The notes: generated by a model from the sequence alone, not told the origin. DNA of 64,000 nucleotides from a virus (IMGVR_UViG_2939702853_000005:1-64000), one strand, 5' to 3'. Shown: positions 7,795-18,247, numbered from the stretch's first letter. Made by a program: numbers and translations.

Positions 7795-9816
7795 TTATAC
7801 TGCTTTGTTTGAATTGATCTTGAGTTCAAATATGCCGTTCGGTACTGGTTTGGCCTCTATATCTGCAACAATTCTCACGTAAAATTCTTGGGTTTCTAGG
7901 GGGTTAGTCAACCCATATGTAATATAATCTGTTGCTAAGAATGGAGACTGTGTACGCGACAATTCGATAGTTACGCCTTTAGGTAGTATCTCTTTGTTTA
8001 CTTCTAGCAGTAAATTATCGATAGGGTAGCCAAGTTGATTCTTGATTACAACCTTTTGATCCAATGTAGTCTGACCAGCGAAGATCATACCGAAGTCTAA
8101 ATACTTAAGGATGCCACCAAATGTATCAGATAGATACTCTCCAGACCCATCCATAAACATTAGACCTGTGTATGTACCAGCAAATGTTGTTTCCCAATGT
8201 TCTGTCTTACCCCAATAATCTTTAAATTCAACACGTAGTTTATTGTCTTTGTCAAAGTACATGTCTCGTTCAGATATATTGAGATTGATATCGACAGGGG
8301 ATGGGGCTAAACGAGTGAATGTTCCATCATTGGGGAAATACGGAAGATCATTAAGTAGCACTCGATACTGTACTTTACCCTTATCCTCATCATAAATTTG
8401 CCCAAGAATCTTTCCACTGTTGAAGGTTAACTGAATCGTTGCTTCTGTGTTTAACACATAAAAAGATAAATTCTGAAATTTAGTACTATCAACGTTTGAT
8501 TTAATACCCAATTGAGTAACATCAATTTTTGTAGGATTAAGCGATTCTTGTTTCTTGTCTTCTATGTAATATCCAAATTTAATTTTGTTGCCCTGATTCT
8601 TAAAGTTACTATCAACCAGCTTAGAGATTTCTTTATAGGACATTGCTTGCTTCTTAATTGCGTTCATATCATCTATAACTTCAATCCATTTTCCATAGCG
8701 ATAAGACTTCCAAGTCAAACCAGAGTCGAATGACAGCAAAAACTTTGCATTGTCACTAGCATTCTTGATTACAGTGATTGCCTGTAGGGAACCGGGTAGA
8801 GTGAAATCATCGGATTGCTTAATGAATTGGCCTACAGGTAAAGCACCAAGCGAGAGATTAAGTGGATTATTTGATTCGTCTGTCCACGTTACAACTTCAT
8901 AATTATTTGAGATATCATCCAATGGGGAATAATTGGCAGTATACTCTAAAGAAGCTGTTGTCTTAGTTAATTCATCTGTGTAATAGAGAACATCAATATT
9001 GTCACCAAGTTCATCATATAAAGTAAAAGGTTCGGTTTCTAATGTAACAGTCGATTCAGCCTTTTGTGGATCATCTGTGTATTCAATAATACTAATTTCT
9101 TTATCTTTCCATATCTCGGCAAGAGTAAACGGGGGAGCTTCAATAATGAATTGAGCAGATGTTGTATTTGGATTATCTGTGTAGTAACATAATTCTACTT
9201 CACCTTGAAGTTGCGACCACGCTGATTCTGGAATTATAGAGACATCGTTCATCCCATAATCCAAAAAAGACTGTTCATTCGCCATACTGGATAGAATTTT
9301 CCAATCACCGCTGCCGCTGTCATAATAAAAGAAATTACTTTCATTAAAAACTAAAAATTTTTCATTAAAAACAAATCCCATCATTTCTATGCCGTATATA
9401 TTGATTACCTCAGCTACATTATTTCCTTTTACTCTAACTCTGTAGCTTGTATAAAATTCGTCGGTAGTAATTGTAAACGTCAATTTACCGTTATTCACTT
9501 TCCAGTCTGAGACCGAATAATTACTTTTTGTATCTAATACTACCCATGTAGTTTCATTATTACTGGCTTCAAACACCCAAGAATTAGGAGGAGCATTACT
9601 TTCTACACAATAGAGTGAGTATGCTCCTAATAGTACAGGTTTCGTAAAAGTATAGCATACCCAAGTATTTGTGTCCCTGTAAGTTCCATAGAATGTATTA
9701 TCATCTCCATCGAAAGCTTTATACCCATAATAAACACCGTTGGCAGTTGAATACGTGACTTTACCTTCCGGGGCCGTATTGGATGTCATCTTTGGTATTA
9801 AATTAACAAGTTTCAT
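7795..9816 (-). CDS. Tail/receptor-binding protein with N-terminal discoidin (F5/8-C)-like domain
   Basis: LIPKMTSNT..YKAFDG..PPNSWVFEASN..WVVLD; RBS aaggag. Confidence 0.75.
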   Translation of the reverse strand: MKLVNLIPKMTSNTAPEGKVTYSTANGVYYGYKAFDGDDNTFYGTYRDTNTWVCYTFTKPVLLGAYSLYCVESNAPPNSWVFEASNNETTWVVLDTKSNYSVSDWKVNNGKLTFTITTDEFYTSYRVRVKGNNVAEVINIYGIEMMGFVFNEKFLVFNESNFFYYDSGSGDWKILSSMANEQSFLDYGMNDVSIIPESAWSQLQGEVELCYYTDNPNTTSAQFIIEAPPFTLAEIWKDKEISIIEYTDDPQKAESTVTLETEPFTLYDELGDNIDVLYYTDELTKTTASLEYTANYSPLDDISNNYEVVTWTDESNNPLNLSLGALPVGQFIKQSDDFTLPGSLQAITVIKNASDNAKFLLSFDSGLTWKSYRYGKWIEVIDDMNAIKKQAMSYKEISKLVDSNFKNQGNKIKFGYYIEDKKQESLNPTKIDVTQLGIKSNVDSTKFQNLSFYVLNTEATIQLTFNSGKILGQIYDEDKGKVQYRVLLNDLPYFPNDGTFTRLAPSPVDINLNISERDMYFDKDNKLRVEFKDYWGKTEHWETTFAGTYTGLMFMDGSGEYLSDTFGGILKYLDFGMIFAGQTTLDQKVVIKNQLGYPIDNLLLEVNKEILPKGVTIELSRTQSPFLATDYITYGLTNPLETQEFYVRIVADIEAKPVPNGIFELKINSNKAV

Positions 9817-9868
9817 AAACTCATCTCCTTTCAAAGTTTAAATAAATCAATCATTTTATTTTGAATGA

Positions 9869-11083
9869 TTAAGTAATTGTTACTTTTTTAATCAGTATTT
9901 TAGATGTATCTAATCTTTGCTTAAAAACTTTTCCCGATCCCATTTCTATACTATTAGTTTTGAGTTTGATTGAATTGTACTTATCTTCTAGATTGACTAC
10001 ATCTCTTTTTTTATATCCATACTTAATGTAATCACTCTCAATCGGTACTGTATTAATTAAGACAGGAACAGAGCTGTAAAACTGAACCATAGAAATTCCC
10101 ACCCGATCAGATATCGTTGTTGCTTTTGTTGTCTCTAATTTGTAGTAAATATAGGGATCAGAATTAACTACACCAAAAGATTTAATATTGGCAGTATCAG
10201 CCTTTTGATTAGTTCTTTCATCAAGTAGTTTCCAATTTACCCCATCATTTGAACAGAGAAATTTAAAATCTACTAGGCCAGCTATAAACTCATATCTTCT
10301 CACAATTGTTGGGGGGTTAAATTTGTAGCCTATATATACAGGCGATGTGGCAGTCGGAACAAAACTTGAGATGTATTTGGTCGTATAATCATCATCAAAA
10401 GATCGCCAAGCAATGTTATCATAATAAGCGGAGGAACTGATAGCAGTTCCATTGGTTCCAGTGTTTGAATTTAATTTTGGAACGAGGGCATTAAAAATAG
10501 CTCCACAAGAAACATTGTTCTCAGGGTCTATTACAACGAATCTATCAGAAAAAGTCATTGTGTAGGGATTAAATCCGTTAGGTGGCGAATATGTAAATGG
10601 TACTGCTCCAAAATTAAAGGTAACTGTTTTTGTATCTCCATTTCCACCACCAACATGTAAAGGACAAACTTCTCCCATGTTTTGTAGATCGGTATGTGAT
10701 ATACCCATGCTGGTTCCATTTTTAAAAAACTCTAAAATGTAATTATCTAAGTCTAAAGCAATCCCAATGATATCTCCAATTCTCCAAGCCGCTCCATACA
10801 ATATGCCTTCGGGATATTTGTATCCGTTGCTCCCAGAATAAACTCTTAAAGCTGTGTTTCCTGCTATGGCACTATTCTGTACATAACTATTACTTGCCAC
10901 ACCAATAGAAGACGATGTGTTGCCGCCATTAAACTTCACTTCCCAATACCATTTTCCCGAACTCTTGCCAACAGTAGCTTTAATACTGAAACCATAAAGA
11001 TTAGTAAGAGTTAGATTTCCATTTGACAAGGTATTGCCAATGCTTAAATTATCGGGATTTAACGTCACCTTAATGGATTCCAT
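9869..11083 (-). CDS. SPRY domain plus discoidin-like domain tail protein
   Basis: GKSSGKWYWEV..IGVA..GDIIGIALDLD..FFKNG..TFNFG SPRY pattern; C-terminal GSGKVFK module. Confidence 0.85.
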   Translation of the reverse strand: MESIKVTLNPDNLSIGNTLSNGNLTLTNLYGFSIKATVGKSSGKWYWEVKFNGGNTSSSIGVASNSYVQNSAIAGNTALRVYSGSNGYKYPEGILYGAAWRIGDIIGIALDLDNYILEFFKNGTSMGISHTDLQNMGEVCPLHVGGGNGDTKTVTFNFGAVPFTYSPPNGFNPYTMTFSDRFVVIDPENNVSCGAIFNALVPKLNSNTGTNGTAISSSAYYDNIAWRSFDDDYTTKYISSFVPTATSPVYIGYKFNPPTIVRRYEFIAGLVDFKFLCSNDGVNWKLLDERTNQKADTANIKSFGVVNSDPYIYYKLETTKATTISDRVGISMVQFYSSVPVLINTVPIESDYIKYGYKKRDVVNLEDKYNSIKLKTNSIEMGSGKVFKQRLDTSKILIKKVTIT

Positions 11084-11096
11084 CTTCAGTCTCCTC

Positions 11097-12551
11097 TCAT
11101 TCGAATTTAATTGTGTTTACCTTTTGTTTATTTAGATCGACTCTATGTCTAAATACTTTACCCGAATCTAGGACAGTACTCGAAATCAAACTATTACTGT
11201 ATCTATTTAAACGAGAGCTAAGGTTTAATGCATTGTCAAAATTCATTCCATAATTCATAAATGAATTTTCGTTGTTATCTGATATTGAAATTAGACTTGG
11301 TATATTTAAGAGTTCGAACATTTTTAGTTCCCCAACAGTAGTATAGTCTGTAGCTCCGTTATTTGCTGTCCAATTCAATCTATACATATTAAAAGATTTG
11401 ATGTTATCAATTTCAAATACCTTGTCAGTTGTAGGAGTTGTCCAGCTCTGTTTTGTTTGTCTGTCTAAGATTTCCCAATTTCCATTAAACCCATCAGTAC
11501 TATCATTGCTGCCTTCAAATATCCAATTTCTAGGTAAACGATTATAACTATTCAGCGTCCCATTTCGAACGGCATATTTAGCAATAATTTTAGGTGTTGT
11601 AAATTTATAACCTAAGAATCCAACACCGCCCGAACTATAGGTGGCGCAATAACCTTCGAGTTCATCTGTTTGGTTGAATGCAAGGTAGGCTTCATTGACC
11701 CCCATCGCACCTTTTGAAAAAGCCAATCCAGACGTGGCGTTGTTCGTCATTTTAGGAATAATTGTTGTATCGGAAACTTTTTTTGAAGTAGTAGAGAAGA
11801 ATTTATTGTTTGATGAAAGTATTACTTTAATATACTTTAGGGTACCCCAAGCAAATTCACCATTGTATACGCCGTTCGTAGTTGTTTCTGTGGATGGATT
11901 ATAGTCGCTGTCAAAGGTAGTGACTATATTACCAATATCAGAGGTGAAATTATTGGCTATTGCACAATTAATAAAGTCACCAGTTGTTACACGTGCATTC
12001 GTGTCCTTGTCTAGAAAGGTGGGTAGAATGCAACAATTCACGTATTCCAATTTTACAATGGTTGCTCCACTCGAATTACCTGAATACATCAAATAATTAG
12101 TAGGAGAATAAGGAGTTTTATCCCAAACGCAGTTTTGAAAAGATAGATTAAGTGTTGTCCCATCAAACAGGTATTCAAATATTCGTGCGTCTCCAGCACT
12201 ACTTTGTTTTTGAATAATTAGACCAATAATTTTATTTAACTTTTTCATAACTATAGTGCCACCTGAAGTGCCAGTTAGATTTAATATTACTCGTTTAGTT
12301 TTATCTCTTAGAGTAATAGCTGCAATAGTGATATCGTAATTAGTATTAAATATGGATGTAAGCTTAGACTCAGTGTATGTTCCTTCTTTTGCTATATAAA
12401 TCAAGGTATTATCCATAGTAACGGAAGATACTGCTTTTGATATCGTTTTAAATGGAGAATTAGCAGAACCACTATTTGCATCGTTACCTGTCGTGCCATC
12501 CACATATAAAACTCTGGAGAACGAATCAAGAAATCCACCAAAACTAGGCAT
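11097..12551 (-). CDS. Pectin-lyase/DUF1565-like N-terminus plus discoidin-like domain tail protein
   Basis: LYVDGTTGNDANSGSANSPFKTISKAV; PRNWIFEGSND; C-terminal DSGKVFR module. Confidence 0.8.
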   Translation of the reverse strand: MPSFGGFLDSFSRVLYVDGTTGNDANSGSANSPFKTISKAVSSVTMDNTLIYIAKEGTYTESKLTSIFNTNYDITIAAITLRDKTKRVILNLTGTSGGTIVMKKLNKIIGLIIQKQSSAGDARIFEYLFDGTTLNLSFQNCVWDKTPYSPTNYLMYSGNSSGATIVKLEYVNCCILPTFLDKDTNARVTTGDFINCAIANNFTSDIGNIVTTFDSDYNPSTETTTNGVYNGEFAWGTLKYIKVILSSNNKFFSTTSKKVSDTTIIPKMTNNATSGLAFSKGAMGVNEAYLAFNQTDELEGYCATYSSGGVGFLGYKFTTPKIIAKYAVRNGTLNSYNRLPRNWIFEGSNDSTDGFNGNWEILDRQTKQSWTTPTTDKVFEIDNIKSFNMYRLNWTANNGATDYTTVGELKMFELLNIPSLISISDNNENSFMNYGMNFDNALNLSSRLNRYSNSLISSTVLDSGKVFRHRVDLNKQKVNTIKFE

Positions 12552-12580
12552 TTTTTATCACCGTCCTTTGAATAAAATTG

Positions 12581-12838
12581 TTATTTTACTGTAATGCCTG
12601 TAATGTCAAAATACTTCTTTATGTCAACTGTGGATTTAAATACTTTACCTGAACCCAACACTCCATTGTCACTCATAGATTGATTGATCGTTTTGGCATT
12701 TCGACTTAGCACATTTAAATCATCCATCCCTTTTGTCGTAAAGGTATCTTTAGTGGGGATAGTTGTAGCAACTGTTTGCCACGTTCCATTTAAAAATGTT
12801 TTGTATGTACCCTTATCATTGATGAGGTGTTTTTGCAT
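12581..12838 (-). CDS. Small protein made of the stand-alone GSGKVF C-terminal module
   Basis: KGMDDL..LGSGKVFKSTVDIKK..ITVK resembles the ends of the two downstream proteins. Confidence 0.8.
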   Translation of the reverse strand: MQKHLINDKGTYKTFLNGTWQTVATTIPTKDTFTTKGMDDLNVLSRNAKTINQSMSDNGVLGSGKVFKSTVDIKKYFDITGITVK

Positions 12839-12847
12839 ATATTCCTC

Positions 12848-13426
12848 CTATTTTTGAACACTAGATAGAGAGTCGATTTTTTTCCAAATAGTTTTATCGA
12901 TTGTTTTTCTATATAAGCGCCCATCTTCTGACCAAGATGAGTCTACGACATAATCAAGAGTATAATTACGTTTCATCTCTAGATAGTCATTAGATGTATT
13001 CAAGTATTCATTGTTGTAGCGACCATCATTGAATTCATCTACAGTAAAATTTAGATTTTCGGTAGGAGAACTGAATAGTTCAATTTTGATACGTGCATAT
13101 GTATTTGTAGGCGACTGGATAGAACCATCGATACCAACTTCCATATAAGGAGACCATTCGATACCATCAATTGAGGATTGCGTATAAATTTTAAATGTTG
13201 AAGTTGTGCCGTTAACAATTGTATTCTTTACAACTTTCTCAAATGATTTAATCTTATCGGCAATTTGAATCATCTCTGATTGCCAAGATCCAGATGAGGC
13301 ATAAACTATCTTGCCTGCGTCACTTTTTTGCAATTCAACTAGCTGAAGTTTGCCATCTTTATAAATCGTGTTATCGTATTTACCTTTTGATAAATCTATT
13401 GGAAATCCTATTTCGGTTATACTCAT
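12848..13426 (-). CDS. Putative tail/baseplate structural protein
   Basis: Coupled ORF in the tail operon; YTQSSIDGIEWSPY beta-sandwich-like motif. Confidence 0.7.
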   Translation of the reverse strand: MSITEIGFPIDLSKGKYDNTIYKDGKLQLVELQKSDAGKIVYASSGSWQSEMIQIADKIKSFEKVVKNTIVNGTTSTFKIYTQSSIDGIEWSPYMEVGIDGSIQSPTNTYARIKIELFSSPTENLNFTVDEFNDGRYNNEYLNTSNDYLEMKRNYTLDYVVDSSWSEDGRLYRKTIDKTIWKKIDSLSSVQK

Positions 13427-14041
13427 TTATCTCAGCTCCCAATTTAGATTGTTGCTCATATTTGCTAGTAGGGGAGCATGTACTTCTTCAGATACGAGTC
13501 CATTATTACGGATAATTAATTTTCCGTCCAAATTCTTATCAGAAGTGACCTTGATTTGAAAATATATAGCATCTCGAAAAGGAATGGAGCAGATACATTG
13601 AAAATTAATGTTTACGCCTTCTAATTGCATTTGTTTTTTGTAGCCGATGTTATATTGCTCTACTCGACTAGCGAATCTTCCGTTTTCTTCTCTCGTTAGC
13701 AGATTAGCATCGCTTGAAGCGTCTTTGTATTGAATGATATCGTTATACAGGAAGGTTCGCCCTGTTAGCGGATATTCATTTTCTTCAGTTGCATATGAAA
13801 TCATAAAACGATGACCATTAACATTGAAGATACCGTTAGCTACATCGAAGTAGATTTGTGATCCTTCGCCAATGTAACCAAAGGCAAGTAATTTATCTTT
13901 CTCGATAGAGGCAAATTCATTATGTTTGTTGTTGTGTGTGTCGTATTCAAGAAGAGATGTTGAATCCCAGTAGTCAGCCACCCAGATGAACTGTTGAAAG
14001 GGAACGGGCGAACGACTGTATTGCATATTACCTAGAATCAT
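13427..14041 (-). CDS. Conserved SPbeta-like tail-region protein
   Basis: RBS ggagg; RSPV..FIWVADY..YNDIIQYK pattern. Confidence 0.7.
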   Translation of the reverse strand: MILGNMQYSRSPVPFQQFIWVADYWDSTSLLEYDTHNNKHNEFASIEKDKLLAFGYIGEGSQIYFDVANGIFNVNGHRFMISYATEENEYPLTGRTFLYNDIIQYKDASSDANLLTREENGRFASRVEQYNIGYKKQMQLEGVNINFQCICSIPFRDAIYFQIKVTSDKNLDGKLIIRNNGLVSEEVHAPLLANMSNNLNWELR

Positions 14042-14116
14042 ATGTAACCTCCCTAAAACTAAAATAGACAGGGAGATTATCCCTGCCTCAATGATTCGTT
14101 ACTTCAATTTAATCTT

Positions 14117-14677
14117 TTACACATATCTGTAAGAAACACGCAGCTTAAAATTCTGTTTGCCGCTTGAAGCATCCAAAGGTACAGCACATTGCAATGTAAC
14201 AGTTACATAGTTACCTGCTGCATCCAATGGTGTACCGTTATTAGCTACACCTAGAATTTCTTTGGCTCCCGGCTTGAATGGAGTATCATAAACTGTACCA
14301 TCCCAATTTTTCGTTGTGCTTCCAGTTGTACCGATTGGCTTAGAAGCAATTTTACCAATCTTTGAACTATCTTGATCAAGGTCAGTCTCCTGTAAAGTAT
14401 CCACTTGAGCATGGAACCAACTATTTTTCACTACTTCTACTACATTACCAACTGTATCACCTGTACCACCCGTCACGTCACGAGTGGTTATTGTGCAGTC
14501 TTCCATTTTTGCTACGTCTGTTTTACCTGTGCCTTTTGTGGCATCATATCTGTTGTTCCAAATATTGAAAGTAAAAGGTGAAGATTTAGTATCCGCATCA
14601 ATAACACCGAAATCTTGTGTAATTATTTCAGTTGCATGCGTAGAATTTCTCCATTCAATCACTGGTTGAAGACCCAT
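14117..14677 (-). CDS. Putative tail structural protein
   Basis: RBS aggagtg; ends QNFKLRVSYRYV. Confidence 0.7.
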   Translation of the reverse strand: MGLQPVIEWRNSTHATEIITQDFGVIDADTKSSPFTFNIWNNRYDATKGTGKTDVAKMEDCTITTRDVTGGTGDTVGNVVEVVKNSWFHAQVDTLQETDLDQDSSKIGKIASKPIGTTGSTTKNWDGTVYDTPFKPGAKEILGVANNGTPLDAAGNYVTVTLQCAVPLDASSGKQNFKLRVSYRYV

Positions 14678-14688
14678 ATGTATCACTC

Positions 14689-15840
14689 CTAAGTTCTAAC
14701 TGTTATTGTTACTGTTAAATTCTGAATATTAATTCCATTCTTAATTGTGTTAACTCTAAAAACGTCTCCTGCGTTTACGGTCTTTGCTTTGACTTCTAAT
14801 GTCTTGTCATCGAAATGCTTTAGTGCTTCAAAGTGAATCTTTTTATTTAAGATACTAGTCCAAGTATTTAAATCTCTTGATTTCTCTATGTCTAGTTCTG
14901 TTTCTGTATCGCCCTCTACACCTAAGTAAGCCTTAATTTCTACAATCTCTCCATTGAAAGGGAAGGCTGCTAATCCGAATGGTTCTACAAATACATAAGA
15001 ATCCTTGCATAGCACAATAACTCTATCCTGTACTTCTAATGGAATATCATTTACCTTTTCAAGCAATGCTACCGTCATTAGCCCATCTTTATCCTTGCTA
15101 ACTGGCTGAAGATTGTCTCCAAACAGGTCAATTGGTATCCAGCGATTACCATCATAGCGATATCGAATGCCATCTTTTGTAGTTTGAACTGTCCAACCAA
15201 GTTCAGGGTGAGGGTAAGTAGCAGTCAGTTCCTGCATATCTCTGACGTAAGGTTTGAAAGCAAGTCTTGTGGTTTTATATGCATCTATTGCATTGTTAGC
15301 TGCATTGTTCGCTAAATCTGCTGCTTGATTGGCGTTGTCTGCTGCTTTTTCTGCTGTGCTTGTAGCAACTTGAGATTGTCTAATAATTTCTTCGAGTCTA
15401 CCAATTGCTAATTGAGTGTCGTTTAGTCGTTGATATGCTTCGTCTACAATATCTTGTAGAGTCTTCACAATGTCTGGATGGCGTTGCACCATAGCATATA
15501 TACGTGATGCAGGTTGCATAACTAAGCCTTTGCCCATGTAGCGACATAGCTTTGTCGTACCTTCTAGCGAGGGATGGACTTGGATTGCTCCAGTCTGATA
15601 TTGTACAAGAAACTCATTTTCATTTATAAATGGTCTGTTTTCAAACACTTGCTGACTAATCTCTGTTAATCCAGCAATGGAAACACCGTGAGCAGAGGAA
15701 GGCAGTTCAAACAATGTTATAAGTCCATTCATAACAGGCAATGAATCAGCACGATTAATAAATGGATCTTCAGGTGTCCCCTTGCGAGTAATCATTATTA
15801 CGGGATCATTTAACTCTAAGTAAGTATGTAATTCTGGCAA
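14689..15840 (-). CDS. YomF-like baseplate/tail protein with coiled coil
   Basis: NDPV..RKGTPEDPF..YP.PELGWTV..RYDGNRW resembles SPbeta YomF as recalled. Confidence 0.7.
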   Translation of the reverse strand: MPELHTYLELNDPVIMITRKGTPEDPFINRADSLPVMNGLITLFELPSSAHGVSIAGLTEISQQVFENRPFINENEFLVQYQTGAIQVHPSLEGTTKLCRYMGKGLVMQPASRIYAMVQRHPDIVKTLQDIVDEAYQRLNDTQLAIGRLEEIIRQSQVATSTAEKAADNANQAADLANNAANNAIDAYKTTRLAFKPYVRDMQELTATYPHPELGWTVQTTKDGIRYRYDGNRWIPIDLFGDNLQPVSKDKDGLMTVALLEKVNDIPLEVQDRVIVLCKDSYVFVEPFGLAAFPFNGEIVEIKAYLGVEGDTETELDIEKSRDLNTWTSILNKKIHFEALKHFDDKTLEVKAKTVNAGDVFRVNTIKNGINIQNLTVTITVRT

Positions 15841-15855
15841 TATTTCACCTCCTCA

Positions 15856-16287
15856 CTAGCTTGAAATGTTTAACTTATCATTGCCAGTTTCAATCGTAGT
15901 GTCTGTATTTAGCATAGTTTTGACAGTAGAACCTATGAGTGCTACAGCTTTACCATTATAAAAAACCTTCTGGCTACCAGTTGCTATCTCACCATTTCCG
16001 CTACCTGATGTACCGGGAGAGATAGAAGTAATGTGACCTTTTGGTGCTCGTGGAGGAGGGTTAGCTTCCCAACTTTCAGCAGTTTTATCGCCAACTGTTG
16101 CTAGGGAAATGCCATTCAAAAATATTTTATTGGAACAGACAATTTTACCAATCACATCGGCATTGGTATTGCCAGAACCAGGCGTAGGTCTATGTCTTCT
16201 GCCTTCCTCATATACATAATTAAAGTGTACATAGTCCTTTTTTGTTGATAGCTTTATTTCAGAACCATTCAACGCTACTCCAGCCAT
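15856..16287 (-). CDS. PAAR-like spike-tip protein
   Basis: Two repeats SNKIFLNGISLATVGD and GSQKVFYNGKAVALIGS. Confidence 0.65.
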   Translation of the reverse strand: MAGVALNGSEIKLSTKKDYVHFNYVYEEGRRHRPTPGSGNTNADVIGKIVCSNKIFLNGISLATVGDKTAESWEANPPPRAPKGHITSISPGTSGSGNGEIATGSQKVFYNGKAVALIGSTVKTMLNTDTTIETGNDKLNISS

Positions 16288-16298
16288 ATGACACCTCC

Positions 16299-16937
16299 TT
16301 AAATTCTCTTATATTGATACCTCCATTTGATATCTGCATCTCCATCAACTTTGAACACATTCTTTCCGACAGGTAAACTTAGGTAATTGTCGTTGAAATC
16401 TTTATACCGATAAGTTACAGCAAGCGTGGTCTCAATGTCTTGACGCTCGTTGTTTACATACACCGTTTCACCATCCACAAGTCCAGTAAACCTAAACTGC
16501 TCGTTATTACGAGATGTGTTGGTCATAGTAAAATCACCGCTACCAACTTTAGTGATCCATATTTCAGGCCGGCAAGGGAGATCGCCTTTGTTGTGAAACA
16601 CAAGTACTGGTTGAAAATGAAGTGTGGTATTGGGATCAAAGAAGGGGCGAATAGAATAGTCCGTTGTCTGAATAATTACGCGAATACTCAATTTTGTATT
16701 GTAGAGAGGAGTATCTTCATTTATTTCAGGTATTTCTCCACCGTTAACGCAGTTACGCCATTCAGACCAATTGCGTCCATCGTCTGACTTACGAGACTGA
16801 ACAACTATCGTTGATCCTTCAGGTTGTGTCTGATTCCACGATATTTTGCTTAATGCTCCATCGGTTACAACAGGTATAGTGACTGTAGGATATGTATAGA
16901 TGCCATTTTTATTTGTGAGCGAATTCCAAGTAGCCAT
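16299..16937 (-). CDS. Phage tail (Dit C-terminal-like) domain protein
   Basis: NKGDLPCRPEIWI..YLSLPVGKNVFKV..WRYQYKRI siphovirus tail-component pattern. Confidence 0.7.
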   Translation of the reverse strand: MATWNSLTNKNGIYTYPTVTIPVVTDGALSKISWNQTQPEGSTIVVQSRKSDDGRNWSEWRNCVNGGEIPEINEDTPLYNTKLSIRVIIQTTDYSIRPFFDPNTTLHFQPVLVFHNKGDLPCRPEIWITKVGSGDFTMTNTSRNNEQFRFTGLVDGETVYVNNERQDIETTLAVTYRYKDFNDNYLSLPVGKNVFKVDGDADIKWRYQYKRI

Positions 16938-16939
16938 AG

Positions 16940-17578
16940 TTATTCAATCTTCCCATAGGGTCTAAAGTTAGATGCTACACCAGCTTCTTTCCATTTCAAC
17001 ATCTTATAGCTTACCCAAGAAGCATTTTTATCGTATGTTGTTTGACCATCTGCCAATCCCCATGTAGGTTCGACGTCACCTGATTCACCAGCTTGGAGAC
17101 AAACATAAAATCGACCATTGTCAATAGTGGGTAATACAATATCATCTTTTTTATATTGAGTTGTTGCTTGCCAAGTGTTACTGCCACGAACATCGCCAAA
17201 TTCTATTCTCACTGATACTGGAAAGACAGGTTCAGTTAAGCCAGAGTACCCTGACTGGATACATTTATAAATATGTCCATTATCTATAGCAGGAACAATT
17301 AAATCGCCATTGGTATATTGTTTGAGTTTTTGCCACGTTGGGGCGCTAGTACCAGTTCGAGTATTTACCCATCCGATATACTCGCCAGATTTAGGTGTTT
17401 TCTTATAAAATCGTTTTGCGATGGGATATGTACCAGATAGGGGAAGGGAGTCAACATAGTCATCGCTGTCATCATCTAGTTTTTGAAAATTGTCAGCTAA
17501 TTCGTTTAATGTATTTTCGATATCATCTGTTGCAAAGTTGGGCTTTTTAAGTCCTAGTTTAGTTGTCGTTGTTGACAT
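16940..17578 (-). CDS. Tail protein with two carbohydrate-binding-like repeats
   Basis: Repeat W....QY..GD.V.P.IDNG..Y.C.Q.G.SG..EP occurs twice. Confidence 0.75.
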   Translation of the reverse strand: MSTTTTKLGLKKPNFATDDIENTLNELADNFQKLDDDSDDYVDSLPLSGTYPIAKRFYKKTPKSGEYIGWVNTRTGTSAPTWQKLKQYTNGDLIVPAIDNGHIYKCIQSGYSGLTEPVFPVSVRIEFGDVRGSNTWQATTQYKKDDIVLPTIDNGRFYVCLQAGESGDVEPTWGLADGQTTYDKNASWVSYKMLKWKEAGVASNFRPYGKIE

Positions 17579-17597
17579 AGGCATTCTCCTTTCTTAT

Positions 17598-18188
17598 TTA
17601 ATTTGAAATTTCATACCACTTCTTCCCACGAAATTCAGTCCACATTGTCTTATTCGGATTCAAGGTAAGTTTGCCATTCTCGATAATAACTTTGTTTCTC
17701 TCACCGTTAGTATTGTTTACCTGTACATCGAATGGCTGGTATCTCCATTGGTAAACTGGTGGATTATAAATAGAAGAGTAAGCGTAGGGAGCATCGCATC
17801 GAAAGGTAAGTGTGATATATCCTTGTCGAGCACAATTGTGGACCAGATTTATATCGTCCACACAAATCGCATAATATATTTTTTCTGGATCATCGGAAAA
17901 GAAGAGGGGTTGATAATAAGATTGTTCAGTCAGCCACTTAGCGACTTCTCTAATTTTTACGTCATCCCAAGTATCCTCAAAAGCAAAGGATACATTAAAC
18001 TTTAGCGGCTCTTTTTTTGTTTGTTGGAAGTATGGCTTGTTCCTGCCTTTGATGGATACTTCGTTAATAGATCGAGAGGCAGCGAAAACTTCTTCTTGCA
18101 TACCAGACGACATATTAACGTTTACGATTCCGTAGAAATCGGATTGAATACCAGCATAAGAAAAGTAGAGGGATTCGCGTATTGTCAT
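17598..18188 (-). CDS. Distal tail protein (Dit/YomH-like)
   Basis: YFSYAGIQS..KEPLKFNVSF..WL....YQPL.F..GYITLTFRCDAPYAYS; RBS ggaggtg. Confidence 0.8.
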   Translation of the reverse strand: MTIRESLYFSYAGIQSDFYGIVNVNMSSGMQEEVFAASRSINEVSIKGRNKPYFQQTKKEPLKFNVSFAFEDTWDDVKIREVAKWLTEQSYYQPLFFSDDPEKIYYAICVDDINLVHNCARQGYITLTFRCDAPYAYSSIYNPPVYQWRYQPFDVQVNNTNGERNKVIIENGKLTLNPNKTMWTEFRGKKWYEISN

Positions 18189-18219
18189 ATTTATCACCTC
18201 CATATTAAATTTAGGCATA

Positions 18220-18247
18220 ATAAAAAAGCCTTATAAATAAAGGCTTT
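18220..18247 (-). terminator. Intrinsic terminator at the downstream edge of the accessory island
   Basis: aaagcctttat-tt-ataaggctttttt on the minus strand. Confidence 0.6.

Noticed and set aside
7795-12838. Possible DGR or shufflon acting on the tail proteins
   Set aside because: No reverse transcriptase, no near-identical TR/VR pair and no inverted crossover sites; all genes are co-oriented
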